64,000 nucleotides of DNA from Marsupella aquatica (lineage: Eukaryota > Plantae > Marchantiophyta), in the NCBI GenBank assembly GCA_973895155.1, contig OZ316896.1, positions 7,325,278-7,389,277 of the forward strand, given 5' to 3'. Positions 1-12,524 of this stretch are shown here, piece by piece. Each line of letters begins with the position of its first letter. Within the stretch, counting starts at the first letter, position 1. Under the pieces are notes generated by a model. The model searched no databases and was not told the DNA's origin. It saw nothing but the letters and a program-made list of their open reading frames with translations. A program made the position numbers and the translations under genes.

Positions 1-251
1 CAAACAATAAAAGTGTTAAGCTTGCATGTACATTGTGAGGGATAAGAACCACAAAGTTAAGCTCATGTTGGAGGAATAGCAATTGGGATGGGTGACCACT
101 TAGTTGAGGAATGAAAAGTTGAAATGTCAAAGGAGATGGGCACCTTGCTCATGGTTGCAAAATGAAAGTAAATATACAAAGGAAGAGATGGGTGACCTGA
201 GCACCCCGCGTCCGCTCCAATGTGTATCCCATTTTCATTGTTTTGCTCTTT

Positions 252-325
252 CCCATTCTCCCAGCATTGGACTTTCCCATTCTCCCAACATCGGACTTTC
301 CCATTCTTTCAGCATTGGACTTTCC
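252..325. repeat. Tandem repeat, 24-bp unit x3
   Basis: Three near-identical copies of CCCATTCTCCCAGCATTGGACTTT. Confidence 0.8.
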
Positions 326-466
326 GATTTAAGTCCGATTGTCGATATCCGATACTTTTATCATGGCATGTTACGATGCCGGCAGAATTGGATGTATGGT
401 TTTTTTATATTTTGTTTTACAAAGACGTCCGATGTGGAGAGAATTGGAAAAAGGAGGTAAAATGTA

Positions 467-1053
467 CTAGTGGGTGTCCACAGGAATTTAACCGTGATGA
501 GTTCTCCTCCTACGAAGGCAAACTTCTGTAGCTCCCACAGTCAAGCGAGCTCCTGCCATTCTCGAGTGGCTCTCTCTGATTCTTTGTCCTTGTAGAGCCC
601 AATGTACTCAATTGCCCGTTCTAACAGGCATCCCCAAAAATGAGCAGCCTGATTGACGTTGCTCATACCCTTCCTTGAATTGATAGTCTGTATCTGCTCC
701 CTCCCCCGCTCCCTCCCCAAGTGCTTGCCTAAGCAGCTGACAGTAGTTGCTTCACGTAGTCGTCTGCTTAGTTCGTGCTTTCAAATGAGCCACCATTCCT
801 TGCGATCAATCCTTACCCCCCTGCCTGGTCTTCCTTCCCGTTAGTTACCCATAGCCGCCGGTACTTAGCGCGTCCTAACCCTAATCATGTTCCCTCTCTC
901 GACGTCCTTACTTCCAGCCTCAGCTCGGGTTCCATAGTCACCCTTAATTGTTTATATTTTCCTTGTTTTTGTTACTATACTAATGTGTTTCCAGGGTACA
1001 CTCCTGATTTTTACCATTTAAACTGGCCTAGTGATTCCTGGCTAGGCATCACA
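467..1053 (-). mobile_element. Truncated 3' LTR of a non-chromovirus Ty3/gypsy element (same family as the solo LTR at 18233-43263)
   Basis: On the minus strand it starts TGTGATGCCTAGCC just after a polypurine tract (AAGTGGGGAG, ~1057-1066) at the end of integrase. Its reverse complement aligns with 18238-18301 plus 23945-24455. Confidence 0.85.
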
Positions 1054-2750
1054 TAGCTCCCCACTTAATTGTGAAGCGTCCTCACAAACAACTTCATCTT
1101 CATCCATATAGTATTTCTTGAGGCGGTTGTAGTGAATGCAAACTGGGTACACCTCTCCAGTTATGTTGGCCAATTGCACGGAGCCATTGGAGAACTTCAT
1201 GGTTATCCTTAAGGGTCCTAACCAGCGAGTGTAAAGTTTACCTGGAAACCTACTATACCTACTGTCGTAAAGTAATACAAGATCTCTTGTGTGAATACTA
1301 ATTGGTTTCAACTTTTTATGATATTGCTGCTTCATGGTATTCTGTCTATATTCTACTCTCTCAGTTGAAATCATTCTTGCCTCTTCTAAAGCTTCTAATC
1401 TATATTCTCGCTCCTCTAGGCTTTCCTCCTCTGAGGCTCTCTCTTTAATTGTAACTTGAAATGTAGGAATCTCAAGTTGCATGGGTACCAGAGCTTCCTG
1501 TCCAAATGTTAAGAAAAAAAGTGTATGACCGGTAGTGGATTTATAGGCTAAATTGTAAGCAAAAACAGCAGCAAACAATTTATCATCCCAATCGAGTTTG
1601 TTCTGGGCTATGGTCTTGTTTAATATCCTTCCTATAATTCCATTGGCTTGTTCTGTCAACCCATTTGCCTTTGGGTGGTAAGGAGTAGTAGGCCTATGTC
1701 TAACTAAATACTGCTTATTTAAACGACTAATTATATCATTCAGAAAATGGGTTCCTCTATCACTAACTAATTCTAGTGGTGCGCCATACCTGGTGAAGAT
1801 CTGCTCAAACATGAATCGAGCCGTAATAATTGCATCATCCTTCGTTGTCGGCCCGGCCTCCACCCACTTAGTTGCATAATCCGTGCCCAGGATTATGTAC
1901 TTGTTCCTCCGAGGATGGGTTAATGGTTTCAGGGGTCCAATGTAATCAATACCCCACTTCTCAAATGGTGCCAGAGGTAGAATAGGGTGCAGTGGATGTC
2001 TTGTGGACGCCCTTGTTCCTCCCGCTCGTTGACAAGGATCGCATTGTTTGATAAACTGATAGACATCCTTGTGCAAGGTGGGCCACTAGTAACCGGCATT
2101 TAATATTTTTTTAGACGTGGTTAATGGAGAAAAATGTCCTCCGGCTTCCTCTCCATGCATAGCCCGTAAGACTCGTTTTACCTCTCCTTTCTCCAAACAC
2201 CTTTGAATTGTGCCGCTGATTCCATACCTGTGTAGCACGCCCCTAATGCATTGATACTGTCTGACCTTCCACAAAAAGACTGCGGCTTGTTCTCGGTTTA
2301 GCCCTGGCTGTAATCTGGATGTGCTGAGAAATTGTAAAATCTCAAGGTACCATGTATCAGCTATTTCCACAACGAATAGTTCCTCATCGGGGAATCAATC
2401 ATCGATGCAATCCGTGGCAGGTTCACCTGTGATCCTTGAAAAGAAGTCGGCATTTGCATGTAGCTTTCCCGGCTTGATTTTTAGCTTGTAGTCAAATTCC
2501 TGTAATAGCAAAATCCATCTTGCTACCCTGCCTGTAAGGTCCGGCTTATTTACTAGGTACTTCAAACTTTCATGATCAGTATGAAAGATTACCTTGTACC
2601 CTAGCAAATAATGCCTAAGCTTTTTACATGAATAAATGACTCCTAATGCTTCTCTTTCTGTGGTGGAGTAGTTTCGTTCGGCATCGGCAAGCTGGTGGCT
2701 TGCGAAGTATATAGGATGGTCCCTTCCTTTCTCATCTAACTGACTTAGTA
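1042..2750 (-). pseudogene. Ty3/gypsy pol fragment (RNase H + integrase), non-chromovirus, Athila/Phygy-like
   Basis: RNase H HTDHESLKYL...RWILLLQEFDY...NADFFSR; HHCC finger HGEEAGGHF...CDPCQ; core WGIDYIGP, VSDRGTHF, YHPKANGLTEQAN. Broken by stops and frameshifts, 5'-truncated near 2750. Confidence 0.9.
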
Positions 2751-3384
2751 GTCTCAGCTAGTCTAAGTCCTTAGTGTGTGTCACCAGCTTAGCGCCTTGC
2801 CTTTGTCGGTGCCACATCTCATTGTCCACAAGTCTCTCCATGCTAAGTCCTCCTTGGATAGCCTATCCGGGCCTGGACCATAAGGGAGCTCGGCGACAGA
2901 GTCAGCGATATTGGAGCTAAGTATAAAGGTAGTCGAGTTCCGTGACTTGCACCCCCCCTTAAAAATGGTCACGTCCGTGTGACCTAAGTAAACGTTTGAG
3001 CATGCCTAGACCACTTTAGGTCTTAAAAATATTATGAGGTAACAAATGGTTTGCCCATAAGGCTGATGCAAACCAGGTTGGTATGCGCATTCCAGACTTA
3101 GGAAATTCCAACCTATCCCACTTATCCAAGTAGGATGCAAGCCCAAGCAGGTAAACTAACTCCAAACTCATCGGACCCATTGTTCTCCCCTTGGGGTATC
3201 CCCTTTAGTTTGAACCAGCCCGCCCACAGATGTGAGGCGGGCGCCATCAACTTCCACTTGCAAAAAGCAAATTGGCCGCCCAACAATCTCTAGCGCCCAC
3301 ACAATCCAACTTTATCCTCAACAGGCCGGGAGGAGTGAAACTAGGATACAACTCACAAAGGTAGTTAGAACTGCCAATACCAGT

Positions 3385-4109
3385 TCACAATTGCGGTAGG
3401 CTGCTTTGCTTACGATAAATTCCAAGGATCTTTGGGGCATTACCCAAATTTCCTTCCGGTTCCCAAGTACTCTCGCCTTGATCATAGCCAACCCACTTCA
3501 TCAAATACTCTAAGATTTGCCTTCCTAACTTGCGTTTGTAACGGTGGTCCAGAATTGCCTCCACCTTAAACTCCTCAGTGTCCTCCACTAGCATGGCGTC
3601 CGGATGCAAGACCTGATCCCGGATGGGATCATTATCTTTGACAAATTTCTTGAGTTGGCTAACATGGCCTATGCCCATTTCCCTTGGGTGTCTCCAACAC
3701 CACTGAAAGCGGATTATCCTTGTGGGCCCATTGTATGATGTAATAAGGCCCGACATATCTGGGAGCTAGCTTCCTACTTATGTTCCCGTGGTATTGTTCA
3801 GGTCTCAACTGCAACCAGACGCTCTCCCCAATTTCAAAGCTTACCTGCCGTCGATGTTTATCCCCTTGCTCCTTGTATCGACTTTGGGCAAGGGTCATAC
3901 CCTTAGTAGCCGCTTTCGCAACTAGGCGCCTCATCCCGTCATCAAATGCTTGGTTGAGTTATACCTAAACTCGGCTATTGTTAAGTGCTTTGCCCAATCC
4001 TTTTGATTGGCCGTCACAAAGTGACGCAAGTAGTCCTTCACGATACCATTGACTCGTTCCATTTGGCTGTCCGTCTCATGATGATACGCTGATCTTCTGG
4101 TGAGGTATG
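3385..4109 (-). pseudogene. Chromovirus integrase C-terminus with chromodomain
   Basis: SAYHHETDSQMERVN, KLAPRYVGPY and EEFKVEAILDHR...EYLMKWVGYDQGESTWEPEGNL (classical chromodomain). Confidence 0.92.
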
Positions 4110-6794
4110 TGTGACGCCGATGACATGGTCCTTATTCTATAATCTGAGTAACTAGGTTGTTGTATGCAAGGAGTAGCTATTGATACCACATAACAATTAG
4201 CAAGCTGGCAAGAATAAGGGCAATCATGGTGTTAAGAGTAGGGATAAAGGTATTTCAGCTTGAAGACTCCACAACCAAGGCAGACACAGTTGAGGTAGTC
4301 ACTGTCAAGGCCACCAAGGAGAAGCTGGCGAAGAGAGGAGGAAGCGAGTCTCCATAACTGAATATGAAGTTGTGTGGTATGGTGATTGTTCTCATGATAA
4401 AATTTGAATGTCTTGGGTGTGTAGCTTCATTTTGTTAGTTAGGTTAGTGGTTCATAGTCTAGTCTTAGAATGTTAGGGAAATAAAAGGCTATGTCGCGCG
4501 TGGTCGGCGACCATATCTCGTTCAATATGTCACCAAATCCGGATCTGTAAAGAGCATTGGAAAGATCTGGCCAAGGCAAGTAAAATCGATATAAAACACT
4601 CGGGAGACGGATGTGTATTAAGGGAGATACGGCCTGATTAGTGTGATGGGTTAACTTGTGGCCGGAATTAGCGGATTCGGCTTCAGTTTCGGGTTAACCC
4701 AAGCTCGGCCACGGCTTAGCTTAGGTAAGCACGGCTTCAGCTTAGCTTAGGTAAGCACGGCTTCAGCTTATCTCAGGTAAGCACGGCTTCAGCTTAGCTC
4801 AAGTAAGCACAGCTTCAGCTTAGGCTTAACTCGGGTTCGGATTAGATTGATCCCGGGTTAGACTTAACTCGGGTTAGCCTAAACTCGGGCTCAGGTTAGC
4901 ATAGGTAAGCTCGGGTTCGGGCTCAGCTTAGGTTAGCGGATAGCGGATAGCGGGTAGCGGCCTAACCCGAGACCACGGATTAGCTCTACTTGGGTTAGAT
5001 AGGATAGCTAGGTTAGCCGAACTCGGGTTAGCTATGTAACTCGGGTTAGTGCAGTAGTGAGTACCCCCTCTCGGTTGCGGGGGCATAACTCTCTGTGTAT
5101 TTGACCAAATCGGCTATAATTGACCTCGTTGGAAAGAGGAGCTCAAGCCGCTTCCAACGCTGCTATCCACGCAGCAAATGGTTGAATAGAGAAATCAGGA
5201 GAGGAGGCACAAGCTCGCGAAAACCATGGAGGAGGGCCAAATCCGAAGTACATAGCCAATTCGAGATAGAAATAAAGTTGCGAGTTAGGGTTCAGTAGTT
5301 AGAGATAGTGGCGGCTCTGTTAGGGCTGGGATGGGGCTCCAGCAGCGTAGTATCCACCCATTTGGGCTCAGTATGAGAGTATATAGAGCAGCCCCCGATA
5401 GAGGCAGGGGGGACTTCAGTTGTGTGATCTCACTTAGACTGAGCAGCAGGGAGGAGCTCTGTGCAAGCAAGGCTGGACTTGGACGCTGCGTGTTGGGGAG
5501 AGCTTGGTTGTGCTATTACTCAGGGAGTAATCAGCCAAGCTTCACAGCAACGGGTTGCTAGGTTTGCGAGCTGGATTGTGGCTCTTTCTAGTGGGCAGCA
5601 CAACTGGGTTCTTTTCCCCCGATATAGAGCCTTGGTGATAGGTGATGTATTGGTGATTGTAAACTGTGGGGAGGATGTCAATTTGATTTGTGGTGAGCAC
5701 ATTAGGGAGGCTGAGACACTGATTGAGGGGCAGCAGGAGGAGCATTTAGAGTTCAGTCTAGCAAGGCTACGTGATCCATGGGGAGTCCCGGCCTTTGTCT
5801 GGTAGAGAGCACTAAGGGATTTATGGCCAGAGCTGAGCTTGTAGGGCAAGCGTGAGGCCGGGCCTCATTGCAGTCTGGGATAGATCGTCGTTAGGCCTGG
5901 TACCAGCTTTGAAGTCGAGTCAACTATGCATGCGTAACTTGACGTTCTGAATTGGAGGTGTGAGATCTGTATGTGCCCCCAAGAATGAAGTGCAGTGAAG
6001 GAGGTTGAGTTCAGGATTGAGTTTGCAAGGCAAGTACAGGATTGGTTTGAGTCCAATCTGCCGTCGCAATCTGGAGTGAGTCGGGCTCAGGTTCAGGATT
6101 GAGCTTGCATGGCAAGCATGGGGCTTGCGGGGCAAGCACGTCACAATCTGGAGGAGACAGCATTCGGCCCTAGTGTTCGGATCAAGTGTTCTTAGTGAAC
6201 TATTGTGCACATCTTTGAATCTAATTGAGTTTTCCTCTCAGGCCTCATTTCTCTCATGGATGTGTGTGTGTGTGAGGCAATTTGAGTGTATGATGGGACT
6301 AGCAGCGCCACTGAGAGGTGTACAGGGTGCATTGAAGCGGGCTGGGTGAGGATTGTACGTCATAGCTCTGATTGATGAGAGTGGAATGGCAGAGTGGTGG
6401 GGCAATGGCTTAGAAGTCCCTAAGCCGGGAATCAGTCAGGAGTCACTGGTTTATGGGTACATTCCGGCGGCAGAATAGAAACATACCTATGACAATAAGC
6501 ATACGTATAGACCTATGCGCACCGTAGCGCTAGGCCCTGTGTGTACGGGCCCGATATGAAGACCCCTTCTCACCAGAACTATCATGAGCGCAGATCTGAT
6601 CCCCAACCTTGGTTCCTTGGGATTGAGCTGGGGTGATGTGTGATAGAGTCTTGCTATGATAGTCTGGTGTTAAGGGCATAAATTGGTGTTTACCGGCCTT
6701 CACAACATCCCTTCGTGATCCTCGGGTACAAGGAGATGGTTTTGGCACCCATAGTGATGTTTTTGGTGTTAAGACCCATGTCAATCGCGTGACA
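4110..6794 (+). mobile_element. Solo LTR A (2685 bp) inserted in chromovirus integrase
   Basis: TGTGACG...CGTGACA termini; 5-bp TSD GTATG/ATATG (one mismatch); excision rejoins integrase in frame; 3' motifs shared with the LTR at 28991-32820. Confidence 0.85.
4708..5050. repeat. Tandem 26-bp repeats plus degenerate CTCGGGTTAG subrepeats inside solo LTR A
   Basis: About 4-5 copies of CACGGCTTCAGCTTAGCTTAGGTAAG, followed by irregular GGGTTAG-rich units. Confidence 0.8.
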
Positions 6795-8933
6795 ATATGT
6801 TCTGGATAACCGGAACAATGCCTTCCAAAAATGGCTCGTGAACTTGGTATCGCAATCAGACAAGATATACAACAACAATCCCCATTGTCGGAAGACATTG
6901 TCAAACACTAGACTGGAAACCTCTCGGGTTGAAACCATTTTCGTACTCGGCAAGAAATACGCCATCTTGGAAATACGATCCACAATTGTTAAGATGGAGT
7001 TACTACCGCAGGATTCAGTTAACCCCACAATGAAGTCCATGGAGATGGACTCCCATGGAGCCGCAGCTACTGGTAAGGGTTGCAGAAGTCCTCCTTTTTC
7101 CTTATAGACCGTTCGGTTCGTTTGGCACGAGTAACAACTTTGCACGTGGCGAAGAACCAATTGCTTTATGTTTGGCCAATACACATCTTGCGACATGTTG
7201 CGATACATAGAAACTTGTCCGCCATGCCCTCTCTAGGGATGTACACACACCTCTGCTTGTATCTGGGTATAACCACTGTGCCAGGAAACTATAAAAAAGG
7301 AAACAACAAACAGTAAACAGTAAACACCAAATGAATTAGAATTTTTTGAAAATTTTTGGAATTTTTTTTTGGAAATTTGTTTGTTTTGTTTGTTTGTTTG
7401 TTTTTTTTGGTTTGTATTTTTGACATTTTTTTACTAGCACCCCAAGCTAGTAATAGTAGCGTCTGGCGCTAGCCAAAAATGATTGTTTTTAAAAATATTT
7501 TGAAAATTTTGAGTTCCAATGAGAAATTTTTTATATTTCATATTTGCTCGTAACAGAAATTTTTTTCTCATAACAGGAAATCATTTACCTGTTTCCAGGC
7601 ACGGTGTAAAGCCTCCTTGTATCTCCATAACTAGACATTTATGCACAGTATCCAACCCCAACAAAATGTGCCTTACCTTGCCTTGGCTAACCCCATTGCT
7701 TTGTCATTCCTTGGCTAACCTGTCATCCCCATATGCCTCGGCCAGAACCTTTGGCCACTCGGATTCGAGCATCGGGATCCCATTGACACATGTGATGATG
7801 GTCCCTATGCGATAGCGTGTCAGCTACCGTGTTTGTCTTCCCCAAAAAGTGACGGACTTTGAAATCAAAATCCGCCAAGAACATCTGCCAGCACATTTTC
7901 TTGGGGTTCAGCCTTGGCTTAGAGTTGAAGTACCCAGTCGGTGATCTATCTATGTGTATTACCACTTTGGGACCGTTCTTAAGGTAAATCTCCCACTTCT
8001 TCAATGCGTAGATCACAACATACATTTCCCTTTTTGGTGTGATCCAATGATTTTCCAACTTACATGACTCACAAGCCATAGGACGCCATTGGCGTAATCA
8101 TTTGCGTCTGTCCAAATCTCAAACGGCTTCCCCATCTCAGGTAACTTTGGAACCGATGGCGTTATCATCAGTCGCTTAAGTTCTAAGAATGCTAACTCGC
8201 AATCTTGTGTCCACATAAACACTTTGTTTTTCATTGTTAGTGCGTTTAGGGGCCTCACAATCCTCGCATAGTCTTTCATGTATCTCTGATAGAACCCCGT
8301 AAATAATAAGAAGGCTCTAACCTGCCTTACATTGGATGGGCGCTCCCATCCTTCAATCGATTTCCTTAAGCTTGTCTTGACTAGGCGTAAACCCCTCTGG
8401 GGTAAAGGTATGGCCAAGGAACTGAATCTTGTTCATCACAAACTTGCACTTGCTAGGTTTAGCAAAGAGACAAGCCTTACGAAGGTGAGAGAACACTTCC
8501 CTGAGCAACTGCTCATATTCCTCCAATGTTTTTGAGTAGATTAGGATGTCGTCAATAAAGAGGACCACTCCTTGGTCCAACAAGTCATGAAAGATGGTAT
8601 TCATCATCTTCATAAACGTCGCTGTTACATTACACAACCCGAACAACATAACCAAAAATTCATAGGATCCAAACCTTGTGCATATTGCAATCTTATACTC
8701 ATCTCCCTTAGCCATGCGGATCTGGTAATACCCAGATCGCAAGTCCACCTTTGAAAACTTCTTATTCTGGAGAGGCAATCAAAGAGGTCATCCATATGAG
8801 GTACCTAACGGGTACTTATTCTTTACTGTTTGCTTATTGAGGGCCTGATAATCTATGCACAATCTCAAAGTACCATCTTTTTTAGACACAAACAGCACGG
8901 GAGCCACTTGGTCGATCAACTCTTCCAAGGCGT
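6795..8933 (-). pseudogene. Chromovirus RT, RNase H and integrase N-terminus (degenerate)
   Basis: [91 protein letters not shown]. Confidence 0.92.
7273..7606. mobile_element. MITE-like insertion (~334 bp)
   Basis: Terminal inverted repeats (TIRs) CACTGTGCCAGGAAAC / GTTTCCAGGCACGGTG; AT-rich interior; apparent TAA duplication; interrupts pol. Confidence 0.8.
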
Positions 8934-10431
8934 TGTCGTGGGGATTCCTTTTAGAAGGCTAGAATCCATATTGTGTTATTTGAGTTTATGTGAAGAGAGT
9001 TTTACTTAAAAGCTTCATAATAATACTATTAGAGCATATATGTTACATTCTATATGTAGTGTGTACATTCTACAATGGTACACAGTAGTTCCACCATTTA
9101 CGCATAGTAGTTTTACAAACTAGATGCATAGTAATTCCACCAACTACGCATAGTAGTTGCACCAATTACACATAATAGTTTCACCAACTACGCATAGTAG
9201 TTGCACCAATTACGCATAGTAGTTTCACCAACTACGCATAGTAGTTTCACCAATTACGCATAGTAGTTGTACCAATTACGCATAGTAGTTCCACCAATTA
9301 CGCGTAATAATTCCACCAACTACGCACAGTAGTTCCACCAACTATGAATAGTACTAGCACACTTATAGGTGCTTGATGCTTGCCACTTGGCTTCCATCCA
9401 AAGGTCAAGGCATCGATCCATGCCCTCTTGGAAAACACAAAGGGGCACTATAAATAAAGTGAAGAGGAGCACACTCTCCTCATTCGCATTGTTTGATCTA
9501 TCGTGTTGGACTTGCAACACTGTAAGGAACTCTTCCCCTCTTGTGCACATGTCTTGTTTATTATTTACCTCCATGCTTGGGTACTAACTTGATTGTTAGC
9601 CTTAGAACTATTTTATGTTTTATGTTTATTAGTCTTGAGATCAATTTAGTGTGCTTGTAATGAATAATATGATAAATGGAGTACCTAGAGTTTATCCCCC
9701 ACCTGCTGTGCCATTTGTTAATCTTTTCTTAATTAGAATTCATTGTCTTAGCAAGCATACCATGAGAATGCATCTTCTTTATCATTTTGGGTTTGAGTTA
9801 ATGGAAACAGTTATGAATAGCGATGCACCATTTGTATACCCGATTGTTGTTTATGGAAATGAATGGAATGTAACTATTTTTATTTTATATTAGATGGATT
9901 TTAATAGACAATCCGTAAATGTACCAGAGTTAGATTTGAATAGGCTTCCTAATAATGTGTCTGATTTTCCTTCATCTATTGACATTAGAGTGGTATGCCG
10001 TAAGAAGGTTGATTGTAGAGATGTTTTAGTTAGAAAGTATGGAGATGAAAGATACAATGTTATATTTAGGATGCCAGAGCCTGTGATTATATCATCTATG
10101 GTAAATCTTAAGATCATAGTCTTTGTTTTCTATAATTGACTTGTCTAATTGTAGGATTCGTTGGAAATTGCAATCTATGACTTGACTTGGGAAGTAAGTT
10201 ATGTGGAAAGAGGATAGGCCGATTCGAGGCTTAGTGTGAGGAAGCCGCTCATCGTAGAGTGGAACAAAGGCTGTGAGAGATATTTTAGAGGATAACGGTG
10301 AGAGAAATTGATCGACAAAGGGGATCGCAAGGGTAATATGAGGTGAGAAAAGACGTATTTTGGAAAGGTTTCTTCCAAGATAGGAAAAACAAGAGCTCGG
10401 TGCTTCCCAAGAACTAAAGATTCCCCCGACA
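8934..10431. mobile_element. Solo LTR B (1498 bp) inserted at the start of chromovirus RT
   Basis: Termini TGTCGTGGGGATTC / GATTCCCCCGACA; 4-bp TSD GCGT/ACGT; removal restores [10 protein letters not shown]. Confidence 0.8.
9091..9352. repeat. Minisatellite, 22-bp unit x ~12, inside solo LTR B
   Basis: Head-to-tail copies of (C/T/G)CACCAA(C/T)TACGCATAGTAGTT without spacers. Confidence 0.9.
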
Positions 10432-11064
10432 ACGTTCTTTAACATCATTCATTCGTTCAGGTTCAGACTATAAGGAGCTTTAGCCTGAGGAGCCGAACTT
10501 GGCTCCAACTCAACTATCTTGGTGATCCATTTCTCTCCGCGGGGGTAAACCTTTAGGTAGCTTTTGCGAGAGGACATCATTGAATTCCTCTAAAATTTCA
10601 GGAATTCAATCGCAGTCGGGCCCAACCTTAGCTGACTTAACCTTTGGCAGCAAAGCAACCTCCTTAACTGGGTGGAGATGAAAGAAGAAACATTCATGTC
10701 CACCCTTGAAGTCTTTCCACCATTGCTTCACCGATACATACCAAACAACCACAACACTTTACTTACTTTGAGAAATCTTTCTTTATTTTTGGTAATTTTG
10801 TGTACAACGATGGGCTAACTCCCCTTATTGGGAAAATTGAGCACCTCATCCCCCGGTTCAAGGTAACATTTTGCTTTCTGAGATAACCTACCAACAAAAT
10901 GAAGTCTACGACTAGACTATCTAGAATATAGAACATCTCCTGACTAACAAAATTTTGTTGTTCGCCTATGACCTCTACCCAAAATCTATGTACCACTCTC
11001 GACACTATCCCTTTCGTGTCGTTGACAAACTTGCACACTAACGGTTGTAGCAACTCTTGCACGT
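10432..11064 (-). pseudogene. Chromovirus protease C-terminus and protease-RT linker
   Basis: VQELLQPLVCKFVND... then EILEEFNDVLSQKLPKGLPPRREMDH and KAPYSLN; continues the protease broken at 44080. Confidence 0.8.
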
Positions 11065-12238
11065 TGTTGTGCCGAAAGATTTTGGCTTAGGAATGGCTTT
11101 TATAGGGGATGATGGGCGAGGCCTCCCGGTTGGGTTGCATGCATGCTGACTCGGAGGGGCTGCTTGGTTGGATGGATTGAGGTTTGGTGATTGGGTGACT
11201 CATCATCACCAGGTTTGGTGTTTGGGTGAGTCCAACAGTTTGTGTGAGTGTTGGATCCAGGTGGGGATTTCTCAAGTTTGGAGCCTCGTCGATCCAGACG
11301 GGGATTTCTCAAGTTTGGAGCCTTGTCGATCCAGGCGGGGATTTCTTGAGTTTGGAGCCTCGTTAGTCCAGGCCCGAGTTTCGTGTGAGCTGTTTTAGAC
11401 TAGTGAAGTAGCTAGTCAAGTTTTGGTTTTGTGAGCTAAGGAGGAAAGTTTTTCCATCAGATTTTGAGTAGATAGTCACGCAAGGAGTTTGGCTTGACAA
11501 GTTAGAGGTAGCGGCCCGCCGTAGGGCCAACTACCACACTCTTGCGGGCAAGCTTACTCGAGGGCACCCATTGTAACCTTTGTGAGAAAAGTAAAAAAAA
11601 TAAAGGAGTGAGAGTTCACTCTGAAAAGTGCTTGTCGCCTGTCCCAATCGCAGCCAAAAATGCGTCGTTTGCCCGAGGAGCCCCTAACTATAAGTCCTCG
11701 CGACATTGGCAACCATACTAGGGATTCCTTGGGGCGATTGGATGAGATGGGTGACTATGACAAAGTTGATCGGATCTCGAGCATCGTCATGTCGATGATG
11801 AGAACCATAAGGAAGGAAGAGCTTGAGGCGGAAAGGGTGAACAAGGAAGCAAATAGAACTACTTGGTGTCTCCAAGAGGTTCTGAAGGAGAATGGGCAGT
11901 TCGATGGGAGAAATGTGACAAGCTACCTTAAGTCTTACTTGACAGATGTAGTTGTCTACAAGTTGGACAAAGGGACGGCGATGAAAGAGTTCATGGTGCT
12001 GGTTGAGAAGGAGTTGAGTTTGATGGTGCGGACCATCGTTGAGTCAGCTGAGGGTTGGGATGACTTCGACCAGAAGATGAAAGAGGAGTTCCAAGCGGAG
12101 GATGTTGATCGGGTCACGCAGGCTACCTTCTTGGATTGGGTGAATGACAGGAACAAGAAGCTGAAGGGGCCGCAAAAGCTCCTAAGGGAGTTCAAGAGAA
12201 GGGTGTCTCAATTACCGAAGAGGGATGTGGGGATCATC

Positions 12239-12524
12239 CTCGGGGGGTTGACTATCAAAAATCTTAGGAACCACGTGCGATCCAAAATAGGTATTTTTGG
12301 TAGAAATTAAATAAAATTTTAAAAAGCGTAGGAGGCAAAAGAAGGTATTATAAACTCATGTTTATAGAATATTCTTTAATATCTACCTTTTGTAAATAAA
12401 ATAGACTATTAATATTGAAAATAGAGAATATTCTTGGAATAATTTCTTTCTAAAATAGGTTTATATATATTAGGCTAGGATTGCACGTGGTACTCCAAAA
12501 TATACACTTAGTTAACCCCCTGAG
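12239..12524. mobile_element. 286-bp MITE with 8-bp TSD, copy 1
   Basis: TIRs CTCGGGGGGTTGACT / AGTTAACCCCCTGAG; perfect TSD GGATCATC. Confidence 0.92.

Noticed and set aside
4820-5050. Interstitial telomere
   Set aside because: The GGGTTA words are irregular parts of LTR subrepeats, not TTTAGGG/TTAGGG arrays.
5095-6349. ORFs in solo LTR A
   Set aside because: They are short, overlap on both strands and show no similarity to the LTR D/E proteins.
6360-6490. Hammerhead ribozyme / retrozyme
   Set aside because: No CTGANGA core correctly placed with GAAA and three stems in any of the three LTRs.
9091-9352. CRISPR-like array
   Set aside because: Units are head-to-tail with no unique spacers, there are no cas genes, and it lies inside a solo LTR.
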